The notes below the pieces were generated by a model that had not been told where the DNA came from, did no database searches, and was given only the letters and a program-made list of their open reading frames with translations. Positions 1 through 10,190 of a stretch of DNA of 64,000 nucleotides are shown here, piece after piece (position 1 is the stretch's first letter; the number at the start of each line of letters is the position of its first letter). The position numbers were made by a program, and so were the translations under genes. This stretch comes from a bacterium (lineage in GTDB: Bacteria > UBA8248), in the NCBI GenBank assembly GCA_965213625.1, contig CBDBZU010000004.1:928001-992000 (forward strand), in the 5' to 3' direction.

Positions 1-691
1 GAGCGAAGCACAGCAGGCCCAGGGCATGCTGTTCCGCACGCGCGATCTCCTGGTTCGCCAGCGTACGCAGACTGTCAATGCGTTGCGTGGTCACTTCGCG
101 GAGTTCGGGATCATCGCTCCGCAGGGACTGGTGAATACCTCTCGCCTGGCGGCGGCTCTTGGAGACTCGGTTACGGAGCTGCCGGAGACGGTCCGCGAAC
201 TGGGCGGGTTTCTGCTCGGGCAGATCGCCGACCTGAACAAGAGAGTCGGGGAACTGGAGAGCCGGATCCGCTCCGGCGCTTACGAGGACGAGGAGGCGAG
301 GAGGCTGATGAGCATCCCGGGAATCGGGCCGATCTGCGCGTCGGCGATACTGGCCTTCGCGCCGCCGATGGAGAGCTTCCGGAGCGGGCGGGACTTCTCC
401 GCCTGCCTCGGCCTCGTGCCCCGGCAGAACTCCACGGGCGGCAAAACACGGCTGGGCAGGATATCGAAGATGGGCCAGCGTGACATCAGGCGGCTGTTGA
501 TCATGGGCGCGATGACGGTGGTGCGCTGGGCGGACCGGCGCGGTGCGCCGCCGGGTTCATGGCTCGCCCGGATGCTGGCGCGCAAGCCGAGGATGCTGGT
601 CGCGGTAGCGCTGGCCAACAGGATGGCGCGCATCGCTTGGGCGCTGATGGCGAAAAGAGAATTCTACAGGGAGCCTGCGCCGGTCATCTGA
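1..691 (+). CDS. IS110 family (IS1111-like) transposase, 5' part outside the window
   Basis: Motifs LLVRQRTQTVNALRGH, LMSIPGIGPICA, LGLVPRQNSTGGK (catalytic Ser), RLGRISKMG, VAVALANRMAR. Confidence 0.93.
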   Translation, partial: SEAQQAQGMLFRTRDLLVRQRTQTVNALRGHFAEFGIIAPQGLVNTSRLAAALGDSVTELPETVRELGGFLLGQIADLNKRVGELESRIRSGAYEDEEARRLMSIPGIGPICASAILAFAPPMESFRSGRDFSACLGLVPRQNSTGGKTRLGRISKMGQRDIRRLLIMGAMTVVRWADRRGAPPGSWLARMLARKPRMLVAVALANRMARIAWALMAKREFYREPAPVI

Positions 692-965
692 GCGGGCGAG
701 CAGGAGAATATAGCCGGGAGGAATGTAAGCAGGTCGGAGGATAGTGTAGGGGCAAACGGTCAACGAGGCGGGATCGGGAAAACCAGGGACCGAACGGAGA
801 GCTTCGAAGCTCGCGTAAGCGATATGGACCCGGTCCTCGCATTTCCATACGGGCCCGCGGCAAAAGTAACGCCGCAATCGAGAGGCCGGATACACGAATG
901 CGCCTGACCACTTTGCGCCGAACTATTCAAAACCATGCTTGCAATCATGGGCGCGTCCATACACG
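692..965 (+). ncRNA. IS1111-type right non-coding end; candidate bridge RNA/seekRNA with sub-terminal inverted repeat
   Basis: ~270 nt non-coding tail ending GGGCGCGTCCATA-CACG; internal TATGGAC (823-829) is complementary to terminal GTCCATA (955-961); hairpin GAGCTTCGAAGCTC; TTGCAA -35-like hexamer near the end. Confidence 0.65.
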
Positions 966-1256
966 TTCATCTAAGCCCGGCTCGAGCTACCCACAACATG
1001 ATAAAGCGCAAGCTTGATGACAAGTTTACTGGTATGATGAGCAAGTTGAGAGTGCGCGTATGTTCAGTAAACGCTTGATTCTCTGGTATCCCTCAAATGA
1101 CGAAAGTATAGAGTCAGACAAACACGATCGGACAAGGCAACGGACGGAAGTCCGGCGCCCTAGTAGAGTGAGTCTTTGAAAATTCACGGCTTGGGGACAT
1201 TTTCAACTGGCTTGAACGATACCTATTCTTAGGCAAAATCCGATTGGGAGGATGTA

Positions 1257-2195
1257 ATGATGTCGATGCGCTGGATAAAGCTGGCGGTGCTGTTTGCGTT
1301 GGTCGCCCTAACCGCAGCTTCCAAAATATCGGGGGAGGAATCCGCTCCCAAGGCGATGCGGTCCCCGACGAGCGCACCGGCGGTTCCGCGCAATCAGGCG
1401 GCGACGATTGCCGTGAATTGCGCGGGCTGGAACACAGGAACCTTCTTCGAGAAGGCGAGCGTTGACCGAGTGCGTGAATGCCTGGGGGCCGGGGTGAATC
1501 CGAACGCGCGGGACAAGCGGGATAGGACCCCCCTGCATTGGGCGGCGTTCAATAATAAGAACCTCACCGTCATCAGCGCCCTGCTCAATGCCGGCGCCAA
1601 CCCCAAGGCGCGGGACAAGCGGGGCAATACCCCCCTGCACTTTGCGGCCAGGAACGAGAACTCCACCGTCATCACCGAATTGCTCAAAGCCGGCGTCAAC
1701 CCAAGTGCGCGGGACAAGGAGGGGTATACCCCCCTGCATGACGCCTTTCGGCGAGCAAAATCCGGCATTGTCGTCGTCCTGCTTGAAGCGGGCGCGGACC
1801 CGAACATCAAAAACAGCAACGGGGACAGGGCGGAAGACGTGGACAGGATGAACATCGCAGAGCACGCGAACGTCGCGCAGGCCCTGGCCAAGGCGGGTTC
1901 CAAAGGGCGGGCCTACGGATCGGAGAAGCAAAAAAGAAAAGAAGCGCAGGAACGAGCGCGCAGAAGAGCCGAACAGGCACGCGAGAGAGCCGAACGGGCG
2001 CGCAAAAGATCCGAACGGCGGGCAGCGAGGCGCATCGCGAGAATCCGGAAGGAGAACAGGCACGCGCGGGCGGAGTACAGGCGGTTTAATGAGGAACTCG
2101 GAAGACTAAGAGAAGAAGACCGGATTGAGCGGAAGCGGCAAAGAACCGTGACGAGACGACAGCAACACCAAAAAGAGGCCGGAATCCGCGAGTAG
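1257..2195 (+). CDS. Secreted ankyrin-repeat protein with Arg/Glu-rich coiled-coil tail (probably truncated by a premature TAG)
   Basis: Signal peptide; three GxNPxARDKxGxTPLH repeats, also repeated at DNA level; the frame continues past TAG 2193-2195. Confidence 0.88.
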   Translation: MMSMRWIKLAVLFALVALTAASKISGEESAPKAMRSPTSAPAVPRNQAATIAVNCAGWNTGTFFEKASVDRVRECLGAGVNPNARDKRDRTPLHWAAFNNKNLTVISALLNAGANPKARDKRGNTPLHFAARNENSTVITELLKAGVNPSARDKEGYTPLHDAFRRAKSGIVVVLLEAGADPNIKNSNGDRAEDVDRMNIAEHANVAQALAKAGSKGRAYGSEKQKRKEAQERARRRAEQARERAERARKRSERRAARRIARIRKENRHARAEYRRFNEELGRLREEDRIERKRQRTVTRRQQHQKEAGIRE

Positions 2196-3291
2196 ATCGC
2201 GCGGGTATTGAAGCATGACGAGAAAGGCTGCAGAGCTATCGCGGAGCGTACGGAGCATCGGGTAAGGGGTGCTTGCTTCGCCCTGAACAATTTCAGCGGG
2301 TCCCTGCGGCAAAAGAAATTCCGGGAATGCCGGGAGATGAAGAAAGCCCGCGAACAACTACTGAGATGGTGCGAGAAGAACATCAGGAGGTGTCTCGACA
2401 GAAAACGTGTACACATGCAAAACCAAAAGACACAAGCAATGACATATGCAGCGCGCCGTAGAGGGGTGGATAAGGGGCGGGCCCACTGGCGTGAAATGGA
2501 AAGCGAGGTGCACCCACTGACGTGCCAGGGAGTTGAACGGGGAGAACGGCGCGCCCGGCCGCTCGCCTGGATACAAGGCGCTGCCCACCACGCCGACGAT
2601 GGGCGTCATGAGGAAGTACAGCGATATCCTGGCGGACGAATACCTGAGCAGTAGATGATTCCGGCAGGCCGGGAGCAACGCACCCGCTATGACACCCATG
2701 TAGAAACACCGCGAAAATCTGCGGGGCGCCGATGAGGATGCAGGAATCCGCCTGGAGGGAGCCGCCCGCGTCGAGGCTGTTCGAGAAACCGTGACGGTGC
2801 CCTCCATCGGCATCGCGAAGCCCGGCGCGCACCATGATGATGCGCTCGCCCGGAGGTGGCGCAGCTACCGCAGAACCCGGAACCACAAGGTGTTCGCCCT
2901 TGGAGAAGAAAGTCCGTTCGGGTGGTCCGCCGGACGAGCCTCCGTCAGGGAGGCGAAAGAGGCCGCGATGCGCGATTGCGAGAAGAGAGGCGCTTCATGC
3001 CGAATCGTCTCGATTGACGGGTGGCCCGAAGCGAGGACTTCGACAGCCCAACTGAAGCTCACCTTCGCCGATCAGGTCTGGTACTGCGAGAATTTCCCCG
3101 ACGGCCGGCAGTGCTCGAAATTCCGGGGCAAGGGGGCAAAGCCGGCCTTGCGCGTCGAGAACATTCCCGCAGTAGCGAATGCGACCGGGAGGGCCGATCA
3201 CGAGTCCTGGCATCGGATCCCCGTCAGCCAAGGCGAATCGATGAACATGAGCCTCGGGAACCGTTCCTGCGACGGCGCTTCGACCCTTTAG
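2196..3291 (+). pseudogene. Degraded continuation or downstream gene with a DUF4189-like Cys module
   Basis: In-frame ORF 2208-2654, then another frame with stops at 2656 and 2701 leading into VFALG..FGWSAG..EAAMRDCEKRGASCRIVSIDG. Confidence 0.45.
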
Positions 3292-3361
3292 GCTAGCCAA
3301 GTCCGACAGGCTGTTAACCCGTAACCTTTTGTTTATTGTTATATATTGACAATATAATAGT

Positions 3362-4948
3362 TTGCAGCCGGCAATACACATCGATGGCGATATTCTGGTT
3401 TGCCGTTACCGTGTTGGCTCCTCGAGGAGGCGCGAGACAGTGCTGCGATTCGGATACCAAGTCGGGACCTATCGCTTCGGCAAACGGGTGCTGGGTCTCT
3501 ATTTCGCCCAGGCGGCTTTTGCGCTCGGATTTTGCGGCGCGGCCGAGCCCGCGAGCGCTTCGCTGGAACGGGAACTAACGTTGTCCGAATGCATCGTACT
3601 GGCCGTCCGGAACAATCGGGATCTCGCCGCCGGCCGTCTCGACAGGCTGGCGCAGAAGCTGTCCCTTCAGGATGCCGAGGATGAGTTCCGCCCGTCTCCC
3701 GCGCTTGGCCTGGCCCTGGAGCAGGACTCGACGGGGTCCGCACTCGTACGTGAGAATACCTCAACCATCAGGATCTCGCCCCGGGTAACGCTGCGCATCC
3801 CCACTGGGGGGAAATTCAACCTGAGCTCGGACAATAGGGTGTCGAGCGCGAACATCTCCAAACGCTACGCCCAGAGCGTGGTGATCGAGTTCGTCCAGCC
3901 GTTGCTGAGGGGCGGCGGAACCGAGGTCGGCTCCTCCGGGGTCGTGACGGCAAGGCGCGCGGAACAGAGCGGCGCCCTCGGCTTCAAATCGGCGGTCATC
4001 GGGATCGTCACCCGGGCGATCCTCGCCTACCGGAACGTCATTCGTTCGACACGCGCGGTAGAGATCGCCAGGCGCTCGGTACAGCGGGCCCGCAAACTGC
4101 TGGAGGTGAACCGGATCCTGATCCAGACCGGCAGGATGGCCAGGCAGGATATTGTACAGACCGAGGCGAACATCGCGGAGCGCGAGCTCGGCCTGACCGA
4201 AGCGGAGGGTGCGCTGAACGACGCCCGCCTGGCCCTGATCAATATCCTGGAATTCGACAGCCGGACCCGTATCCGGCTGACTGAGCCGTTGCGCATGGAG
4301 GAGACGAAGCACGAGGCCGACCGCGCCGTGCATCTGGCGTTGCAGAACCGTACCGACTATCTCCAGGCGCAGCTGAGCGTCGAGAACGCCGAGAACGCTC
4401 TCATGCTGGCCGACAACGCGCGCAAGTGGGGTCTGGACCTCTCCGTGTCGGCGAGGTTCGGACACAGCGGGAGTTCGTTTTCGGAGGCCTACCGCCGGTT
4501 CGACGACAACTACGGGGCGGGGCTCAGCGTGGACATCCCCGTGGGAGCAAACGCGGACGCCCGGCAGCGCAACTACGAGAGGGCTAGGCTCGCCCTGCGA
4601 CGGTCGCACTTGCGAGTCGCGGAGCTGCGCCAGTCGATCGAGGTCAAGGTGCGGGCCGCCCTGCACGATGTCAAGGTGTTGTTCCGGCGCGCGGAGCTCG
4701 CCCGGCGGGCCAGGGAGCTGACCGAGCGGAAACTCGAGATCGAGCAGGCCAAGCTGCAAGCCGGTTTGACAACGAACTTCCGCGTCGTCCGGTTCGAGGA
4801 CGATCTCGTCAGGAGCCAGAACAGTGAAGTCGGAGCCGTCATCGGGTATCTCAATGCTTTGACGGCGTTCGACCAGACGCTGGGGACGACGCTCGATACC
4901 TGGGGGATTGAGTTCGAGTCGTCGGTCGATGTGGGGGTGGGCAAATGA
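3362..4948 (+). CDS. TolC family outer membrane channel (start uncertain, probably later)
   Basis: LTLSECIVLAVRNN, QPLLRGGG, two helical OEP repeats, KLQAGLTTNFRVV. Confidence 0.9.
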   Translation: MQPAIHIDGDILVCRYRVGSSRRRETVLRFGYQVGTYRFGKRVLGLYFAQAAFALGFCGAAEPASASLERELTLSECIVLAVRNNRDLAAGRLDRLAQKLSLQDAEDEFRPSPALGLALEQDSTGSALVRENTSTIRISPRVTLRIPTGGKFNLSSDNRVSSANISKRYAQSVVIEFVQPLLRGGGTEVGSSGVVTARRAEQSGALGFKSAVIGIVTRAILAYRNVIRSTRAVEIARRSVQRARKLLEVNRILIQTGRMARQDIVQTEANIAERELGLTEAEGALNDARLALINILEFDSRTRIRLTEPLRMEETKHEADRAVHLALQNRTDYLQAQLSVENAENALMLADNARKWGLDLSVSARFGHSGSSFSEAYRRFDDNYGAGLSVDIPVGANADARQRNYERARLALRRSHLRVAELRQSIEVKVRAALHDVKVLFRRAELARRARELTERKLEIEQAKLQAGLTTNFRVVRFEDDLVRSQNSEVGAVIGYLNALTAFDQTLGTTLDTWGIEFESSVDVGVGK

Positions 4949-5600
4949 TGATCGAAGCATCCCCGCTCCCGGACGGGTCAGCGAGGGCGCGGTGCGGGAC
5001 TCGCTGCTTCAACGCAACGTGCTGATAAGCATGAACGACGGGGTCATGATCATTGATTCCGGCGGCCGCATCGGGATCGCCAACCTCGCAACTTCTCGTC
5101 TGCTCGTTCAGGCTTGCGCTGACGTCGAGTCTAAGGCGTTCACCGAGGTTTTCCTCCATCTCGGCGGGCTGGAGAAATTCAGCGATACCATGCTCGCGGC
5201 GGTCTACGACAGGGGGTTCGGGACCCGCTCCAAGGTTCGCGTGCGTCTCGGTGACGACACGGAGCGGTCTCTCGCCGTCACGACCTCCTACCTGGTCGAC
5301 CACGAGGACGGGGAAACCCGGAGAATCGGCAGCGGCGCCGTGTTCATCGACATCACCGAGATCAAGGCGCTGCGCAAGGCCGAGCAGGAGTTCGCAGCCT
5401 CGATGGGGGAACATAACGTCAGGCTCCGCGACGCCTATCGCTAGATTGAAGAAACGAACAAGGCCCTGATTTCGGTGCTTAAAAAGATGGCGGTGGTGCG
5501 GTGGGCCGCCATGGTTCTCGTCGTCGTCCTGATTGGGGGGCGCCGCATGGTACGTCTTGGACGAGACGGGGGCACGTTGTAGGCCGAAATTGCGACAGTG
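4945..5600 (+). pseudogene. Remnant of PAS-domain periplasmic adaptor (paralog of 7649-9409)
   Basis: PAS-like VLISMNDGVMIIDSGGRIGIAN...AVFIDITE; TAG at 5442-5444; frame continues into a TM helix (VVRWAAMVLVVVLIG); adaptor domain missing. Confidence 0.8.
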
Positions 5601-6306
5601 TCGGCAGCGGCGCCGACGGATGCGGAAGATGTGCCGACCCAGGGTGAATGCCCCGGTTACTTTCGTGACTAAGCCGCCGCGTGGCGGAGGTCTCCGCTCC
5701 GTATTACTGCGACGGCTTTACGCCAACCCTTCCCGGCGAGCTTGCGCCGGATCATGGTCCGCCTGCATTCCATCCAACACTCCGCTTCATCTCCCTCCGC
5801 GCCTGTGTTCCCTTCCCGTCGCTCAGGACGGTCAGGTCCGTGTCCACAGTCGCTACACAATCGGTTGCCGGTCGATTGCCTAGCGCATGGCGATGCAATA
5901 CGCTCGGCAATCCAATTTTATGCGTCGGAATCGACAGGATCGTCCCCGCCACGAGCGCCGTCAGCGCATGATTTCGGCAATATCGTCGGCCGAGAGGTGG
6001 GGGAGGACCGCGACGGCCTTGCAATGCGTGGAGGGTTGGGTTGGAAGCGGGCCGGGCGGATCGAAAATCGGGCACGGTTTCCATCCGCGCCAGTCCCAGG
6101 CGAGGCTGGAGGGGAGCAACCAAATGGTCCGAAATTCTCGGAAAGCTCGCGGGAAATCGAAGAATTACTCCGCGATAAGCACGAGAACAAACTCGAAAGC
6201 ATCGTTAGCGACGGGCGCCTGGAGATGTCGGAGGCACTAGAACCAGCTTGAGGCGTGTGCCAGCCATTCATCCGGAAACGCCCGTAGAGGCGGAACGAAA
6301 CCGACC

Positions 6307-6660
6307 TCAGACAGGAACCTCGACGCACTCGCTTGGCGTAATCCGTTCTACCGTGTCTTTGTATGTGGCCACTGAAATGGACTTCGACGCTTCGTCGCTG
6401 TTGAATACCAGCTTGCCCGAGACTGAAGCGAAATCCATCCCTTGCGTGGCCGATCCGCCAGCCGTTTCGTAAGACCAGCGATAGGACCAGTCGCTCGGCG
6501 GGATGCCCGTTTCTAACTTGAACACTGCGTCATTGCCTTCGCATGCTTTCGCATCTGACGCCGACGCGGCCGGAGAGATCATCGCCCCGGCTGCCAGTGC
6601 GGCCGCAAATACAGAGCACTGAACGACCCGCGCGAAGCCCTTGTTCGAAGCAGTCTTCAT
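6307..6660 (-). CDS. Secreted Calx-beta-like protein (C-terminus probably truncated)
   Basis: Signal peptide; YETAGGSATQGMDFASVSGKLVF...ISVATYKD; paralog of 12339-12857. Confidence 0.75.
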   Translation of the reverse strand: MKTASNKGFARVVQCSVFAAALAAGAMISPAASASDAKACEGNDAVFKLETGIPPSDWSYRWSYETAGGSATQGMDFASVSGKLVFNSDEASKSISVATYKDTVERITPSECVEVPV

Positions 6661-6842
6661 AATGGCGTCTCCTTTTCCTCTGAATGCGCCCCAGAAATCG
6701 GCCAGTATGCGTTATTGATAGAACAGAGACAAAACTACTTTGTTACAAAACCCCACTATCTCTACGATATCATGGTGTTAGTGGCAATATCAAACTTGCC
6801 CGCTCCCCGTGATTACAGGTCGAGTATTTCACACGGTATGGG

Positions 6843-6872
6843 TTGACATTGACAATATGGCCTCGCTAGAAT
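6843..6872 (+). promoter_or_regulatory. Sigma70-like promoter upstream of the second export operon
   Basis: TTGACA (6843-6848), 18-nt spacer, TAGAAT (6867-6872). Confidence 0.5.
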
Positions 6873-7149
6873 TTCCCGATAAGCTCAGAGCGTCTTGCGG
6901 CGTGGCCACCGCGATTCTGCCAGACAGTTCTCGGTTGCCCCGCTGAAATGGGGTAGATTCCCGGAGGAGGGATGCCCACGAAAGGCTCTCGCTTGTCACC
7001 GTAGTCTCACAGAGGGTGCACGTGACCAACGGAATCGATGTTCGTCGCACGTGGACAAGGCCGGTTGGATCGTCCGGGTAATCGACGGCGGCAAGTCTCA
7101 GCCTGCCTTGGACTGCGTTCGGCTCATCGCCGGATCTGGCGAGGTGTTT

Positions 7150-7648
7150 GTGAGCCGTCGTCTCCGTTCTATGGGTCTGGGCGCTGGTTCCTGCGACCCC
7201 CCAGACGCCTACGACGGCGGACGATCTCCCTGGCTGCGCCGCCAATGTTTGCGACTTGACGCTTAAGGACGTGATCGGGCTGGTGCTGGCGCGCAACCGC
7301 CCGATCCTCAACAGCCGGCTCGACCGGGAGGTGCGACGATTTTCGCTGGACGTATCCGAGGACCGCTGGAGCCCCCGTGTCACCATCGGCCCATATGCTA
7401 GCAGGAACCGGCAGGACGACAAGGAGGGCTTCCGCACGTACACGAGCCTGCGCGTTCGCGCTCGGGTGGGACGAAAACCTGACGAAGAGGTCCGACGGCT
7501 CCAGTTCGCAGGCCTTCAACTTTTCCTAGCCCTTGCTGAAGGGCGCTTGGGCTCGTATCGACAGCGCAACGGTGCGCCAGGCGCAGTTCGACCGGATTTC
7601 CGGACAAGTGCTGGATCGCGGGGACATCCGGCTGGAGGCAGTTCTGCA
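7150..7648 (+). pseudogene. N-terminal remnant of a second TolC (internal deletion)
   Basis: DLTLKDVIGLVLARNRPILNSRLDR...SLDVSEDRWSP aligns with the TolC N-terminus ELTLSECIVLAVRNNRDLAAGRLDR...SLQDAEDEFRP; the rest is absent. Confidence 0.75.
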
Positions 7649-9409
7649 ATGACGGACCGTGGCCCTGACATTTACCGTACACTCCTGGAGAACCTGTCCG
7701 ACGGGGTGATGGTCATCGGTTTCGACGGGTCGGTCAGACTGGCGAATACCGCCTTCTGCCGGATGTTCGGTCTCGACCCCGCTGAAGCGGTCGGGGATTC
7801 CTTCGGGGAGCTCTTTGTCACGTTTGAGGGCTTCGACGAGTTTACCCAGTTCGTCCTCGACACCGTTGCCGAACGCGGTGAGATCGCGCGGCGCATCACG
7901 CGGGTTCGCGCCGGCGAGGAACTTCGGTCGCTGTCCGTCACGACCTCCTCCCTGACGGCGGAGGGAGAACGGCTGGCGGTGATAGTCGTGGTCTCCGACA
8001 TCACCGAAGTTCGGGAGTTGCGCGAGACCGAGTTGCGCCAAGCGGAGGTCATCGAGACACAGCTCAGCGAGCTCCAGGGCGCCTATCGCGACCTTGAGAC
8101 CCGGAACGAGGCGCTCTCGGCGATGACGAGGCGCGTCAACACGGCACGCAGCGCGGCGATGTTTTTTGTCATGGTACTGTTCCTCGCCATTGGCGCCTTG
8201 TATGTCCGGCCGCTGGATTTCTTCATCGCCACTGCTACGCGCGACGCCGGCACGGGCATCGAAGTCGGCGATCCCGGTGTGCTGCCGACTGTGACCGTTC
8301 AGCCCCGCGAATTCCAGTCCACCATCGCGCTCAAGGGCCATCTAGCGCCGGGCCGCGTCGCTGAGATCGTCAGCCCGATCGAAAGTCATGTGAGCGAGGT
8401 GCATGCCGCCCCCGGGGACCGGGTGGCAGCGGGCGATCCACTGGTCGATCTCGATACCGGTCAGCTCGACGCGGACCACCGGCGGGCCCAGGTCGAGCAT
8501 ATCAAGGCGCGTGATCGGCTTGTCAAGATCGAGGCCTGGGAGAAGAGCGCCGACATGGCGCGCGCCCGACGCGCCTTGCGGCGGGCGAAGATCGCGTTCG
8601 ACGACGCGGAGCGGCATCTCGGCGAGACCGCCTTCCTGCTGGAGCAAGGACTAGTCCCCGCTTCGCAGCACGAGAATGCGCAGCGGCAGCGGCAGAACCG
8701 GACCCTGGACCTTAAGGAGGCCCAGCGGGAACTGGAGGCGGTAAAGGCGAAGGGCGGCGACGAGGCGCGGCGGGTGGCGAGGCTGGAGGCCCAGACGGCC
8801 CAGGACCGCCTGCGCACGCATGAGGAGAAACTGGACCTGGCGCGGGTCTCGGCGCCGATCTCCGGGGTCGTCATAAAGGCGGATGGCCCTAGGGACAAGC
8901 CCCTGACGAAGGGACGCCTTGTGGGACAGGGAGAATTGATGCTGAGCATCGCGGATCAGGAGCGCCTCGCAGTGGTCACGAGCGTCAACGAGGTGGATGT
9001 GAGAAAGGTCGAGGCCGGCCAGCGGGCCTGGATCACCGGCCCCGGATTTCCCGGCCTGAGGGTCGTAGGCGCCGTGAGCCGCGTCTCGTCGCGCGCGGAC
9101 CGCAGGGGGCGTCGTCGCAACGTGCCGCAATTCGAGGTCGTCGTCACGCTCGACAGGTTGGAAGCGGAAGCCCGCCACCGACTGCGAGTCGGTATGTCGG
9201 CCTATGTCACGATCGTCGTCTACCACCGCCCGGCGGTCCTGATGGTCCCGATCGGCGCGGTAGGGCAGAGCGGCGGCGAAGCTTGGCTGCGCGTCCTCGC
9301 CGGCGGCGTTGCAGAGCGGCGCAAGGTCGAGCTCGGCCTCACCACGATCGATTCGGTCGAGGTGGTGAAGGGCCTCTCGCCCGGCGACAAGGTCGTCCTG
9401 GCCCGATGA
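7649..9409 (+). CDS. PAS domain + coiled coil + TM + MacA/HlyD-type periplasmic adaptor fusion
   Basis: RBS GGAGG then ATG 7649; PAS LLENLSDGVMVIGFDGSVRLAN...VVSDITE; TM MFFVMVLFLAIG; lipoyl halves (GDRVAAGDPLV, VSAPISGVV), LRVGMSA, VELGLT, GLSPGDKVV. Confidence 0.9.
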   Translation: MTDRGPDIYRTLLENLSDGVMVIGFDGSVRLANTAFCRMFGLDPAEAVGDSFGELFVTFEGFDEFTQFVLDTVAERGEIARRITRVRAGEELRSLSVTTSSLTAEGERLAVIVVVSDITEVRELRETELRQAEVIETQLSELQGAYRDLETRNEALSAMTRRVNTARSAAMFFVMVLFLAIGALYVRPLDFFIATATRDAGTGIEVGDPGVLPTVTVQPREFQSTIALKGHLAPGRVAEIVSPIESHVSEVHAAPGDRVAAGDPLVDLDTGQLDADHRRAQVEHIKARDRLVKIEAWEKSADMARARRALRRAKIAFDDAERHLGETAFLLEQGLVPASQHENAQRQRQNRTLDLKEAQRELEAVKAKGGDEARRVARLEAQTAQDRLRTHEEKLDLARVSAPISGVVIKADGPRDKPLTKGRLVGQGELMLSIADQERLAVVTSVNEVDVRKVEAGQRAWITGPGFPGLRVVGAVSRVSSRADRRGRRRNVPQFEVVVTLDRLEAEARHRLRVGMSAYVTIVVYHRPAVLMVPIGAVGQSGGEAWLRVLAGGVAERRKVELGLTTIDSVEVVKGLSPGDKVVLAR

Positions 9410-9434
9410 CCCGGAGCGACAGTTGGCGGGCGGG

Positions 9435-10175
9435 ATGCTGAAGCTGACCGATATCCGCAGGTCCTACCGGATCGGGCCGGTCACGACCGAGGTCCTGCGG
9501 GGCGTCGATCTGGAGGTCGAGGCGGGCGACCTGATGTCGATCATGGGGCCGTCGGGCAGCGGTAAGACGACACTCATGAACATTATCGGCCTGCTGGACC
9601 GCCCGAGCTCGGGTGGCTGCGTTCTCGACGGGCGCGACATATCCGGGCTCCGGGACGACGAACTCTCCGCTCTGCGGAGCCGGTATATCGGCTTTGTGTT
9701 CCAGTCCTTCCACCTACTGCCGCAACTGACTGCATTAAAGAATGTCTGCCTGCCGCTGGTCTATCGGGGCACCGGGCGGCCGGAGATGCGCCGCCGGGCT
9801 CTGGATATCCTGGAGCGTGTCGGCATGGCGGACCGGACCGGCCACCGGCCAGACCAACTTTCCGGCGGGCAGAAGCAGAGGGTCGCCATCGCCCGGGCGC
9901 TGGTGGGCGAGCCGGCCCTGCTGCTCGCCGACGAGCCGACCGGTGCGCTGGACACGGACACGGCCGACGAGGTGATGTCTCTGCTGCGGCGGCTGAATGA
10001 GGAGCGCGGCATCACGATCCTGATTATCACGCACGACCCGTCGGTCGCGGACCTGTGCGCGCGGCGGACGCGCATTCGCGACGGCAGGCTCTTCGAGCCG
10101 AAGGCTGGGCGCTCCGGGTCCGCCCTGCAACAATCCGGTCACGCCCCGGACGCCGCGGCGGCGTCCGGGGTGTAA
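9435..10175 (+). CDS. MacB/LolD-type ABC transporter ATP-binding protein
   Basis: GPSGSGKT, IGFVFQSFHL, LSGGQKQR, LLADEPTGALD. Confidence 0.95.
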   Translation: MLKLTDIRRSYRIGPVTTEVLRGVDLEVEAGDLMSIMGPSGSGKTTLMNIIGLLDRPSSGGCVLDGRDISGLRDDELSALRSRYIGFVFQSFHLLPQLTALKNVCLPLVYRGTGRPEMRRRALDILERVGMADRTGHRPDQLSGGQKQRVAIARALVGEPALLLADEPTGALDTDTADEVMSLLRRLNEERGITILIITHDPSVADLCARRTRIRDGRLFEPKAGRSGSALQQSGHAPDAAAASGV

Positions 10176-10190
10176 CGCGGGCGTCCGACG

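Noticed and set aside
5600-6300. ORFs between the PAS remnant and the Calx-beta gene
   Set aside because: No recognisable family or consistent frame; probably degraded fragments
7256-9409. 717-aa TolC-PAS-adaptor triple fusion
   Set aside because: The first ~130 codons are a TolC deletion remnant that happens to be in frame; a good RBS and ATG lie at 7649
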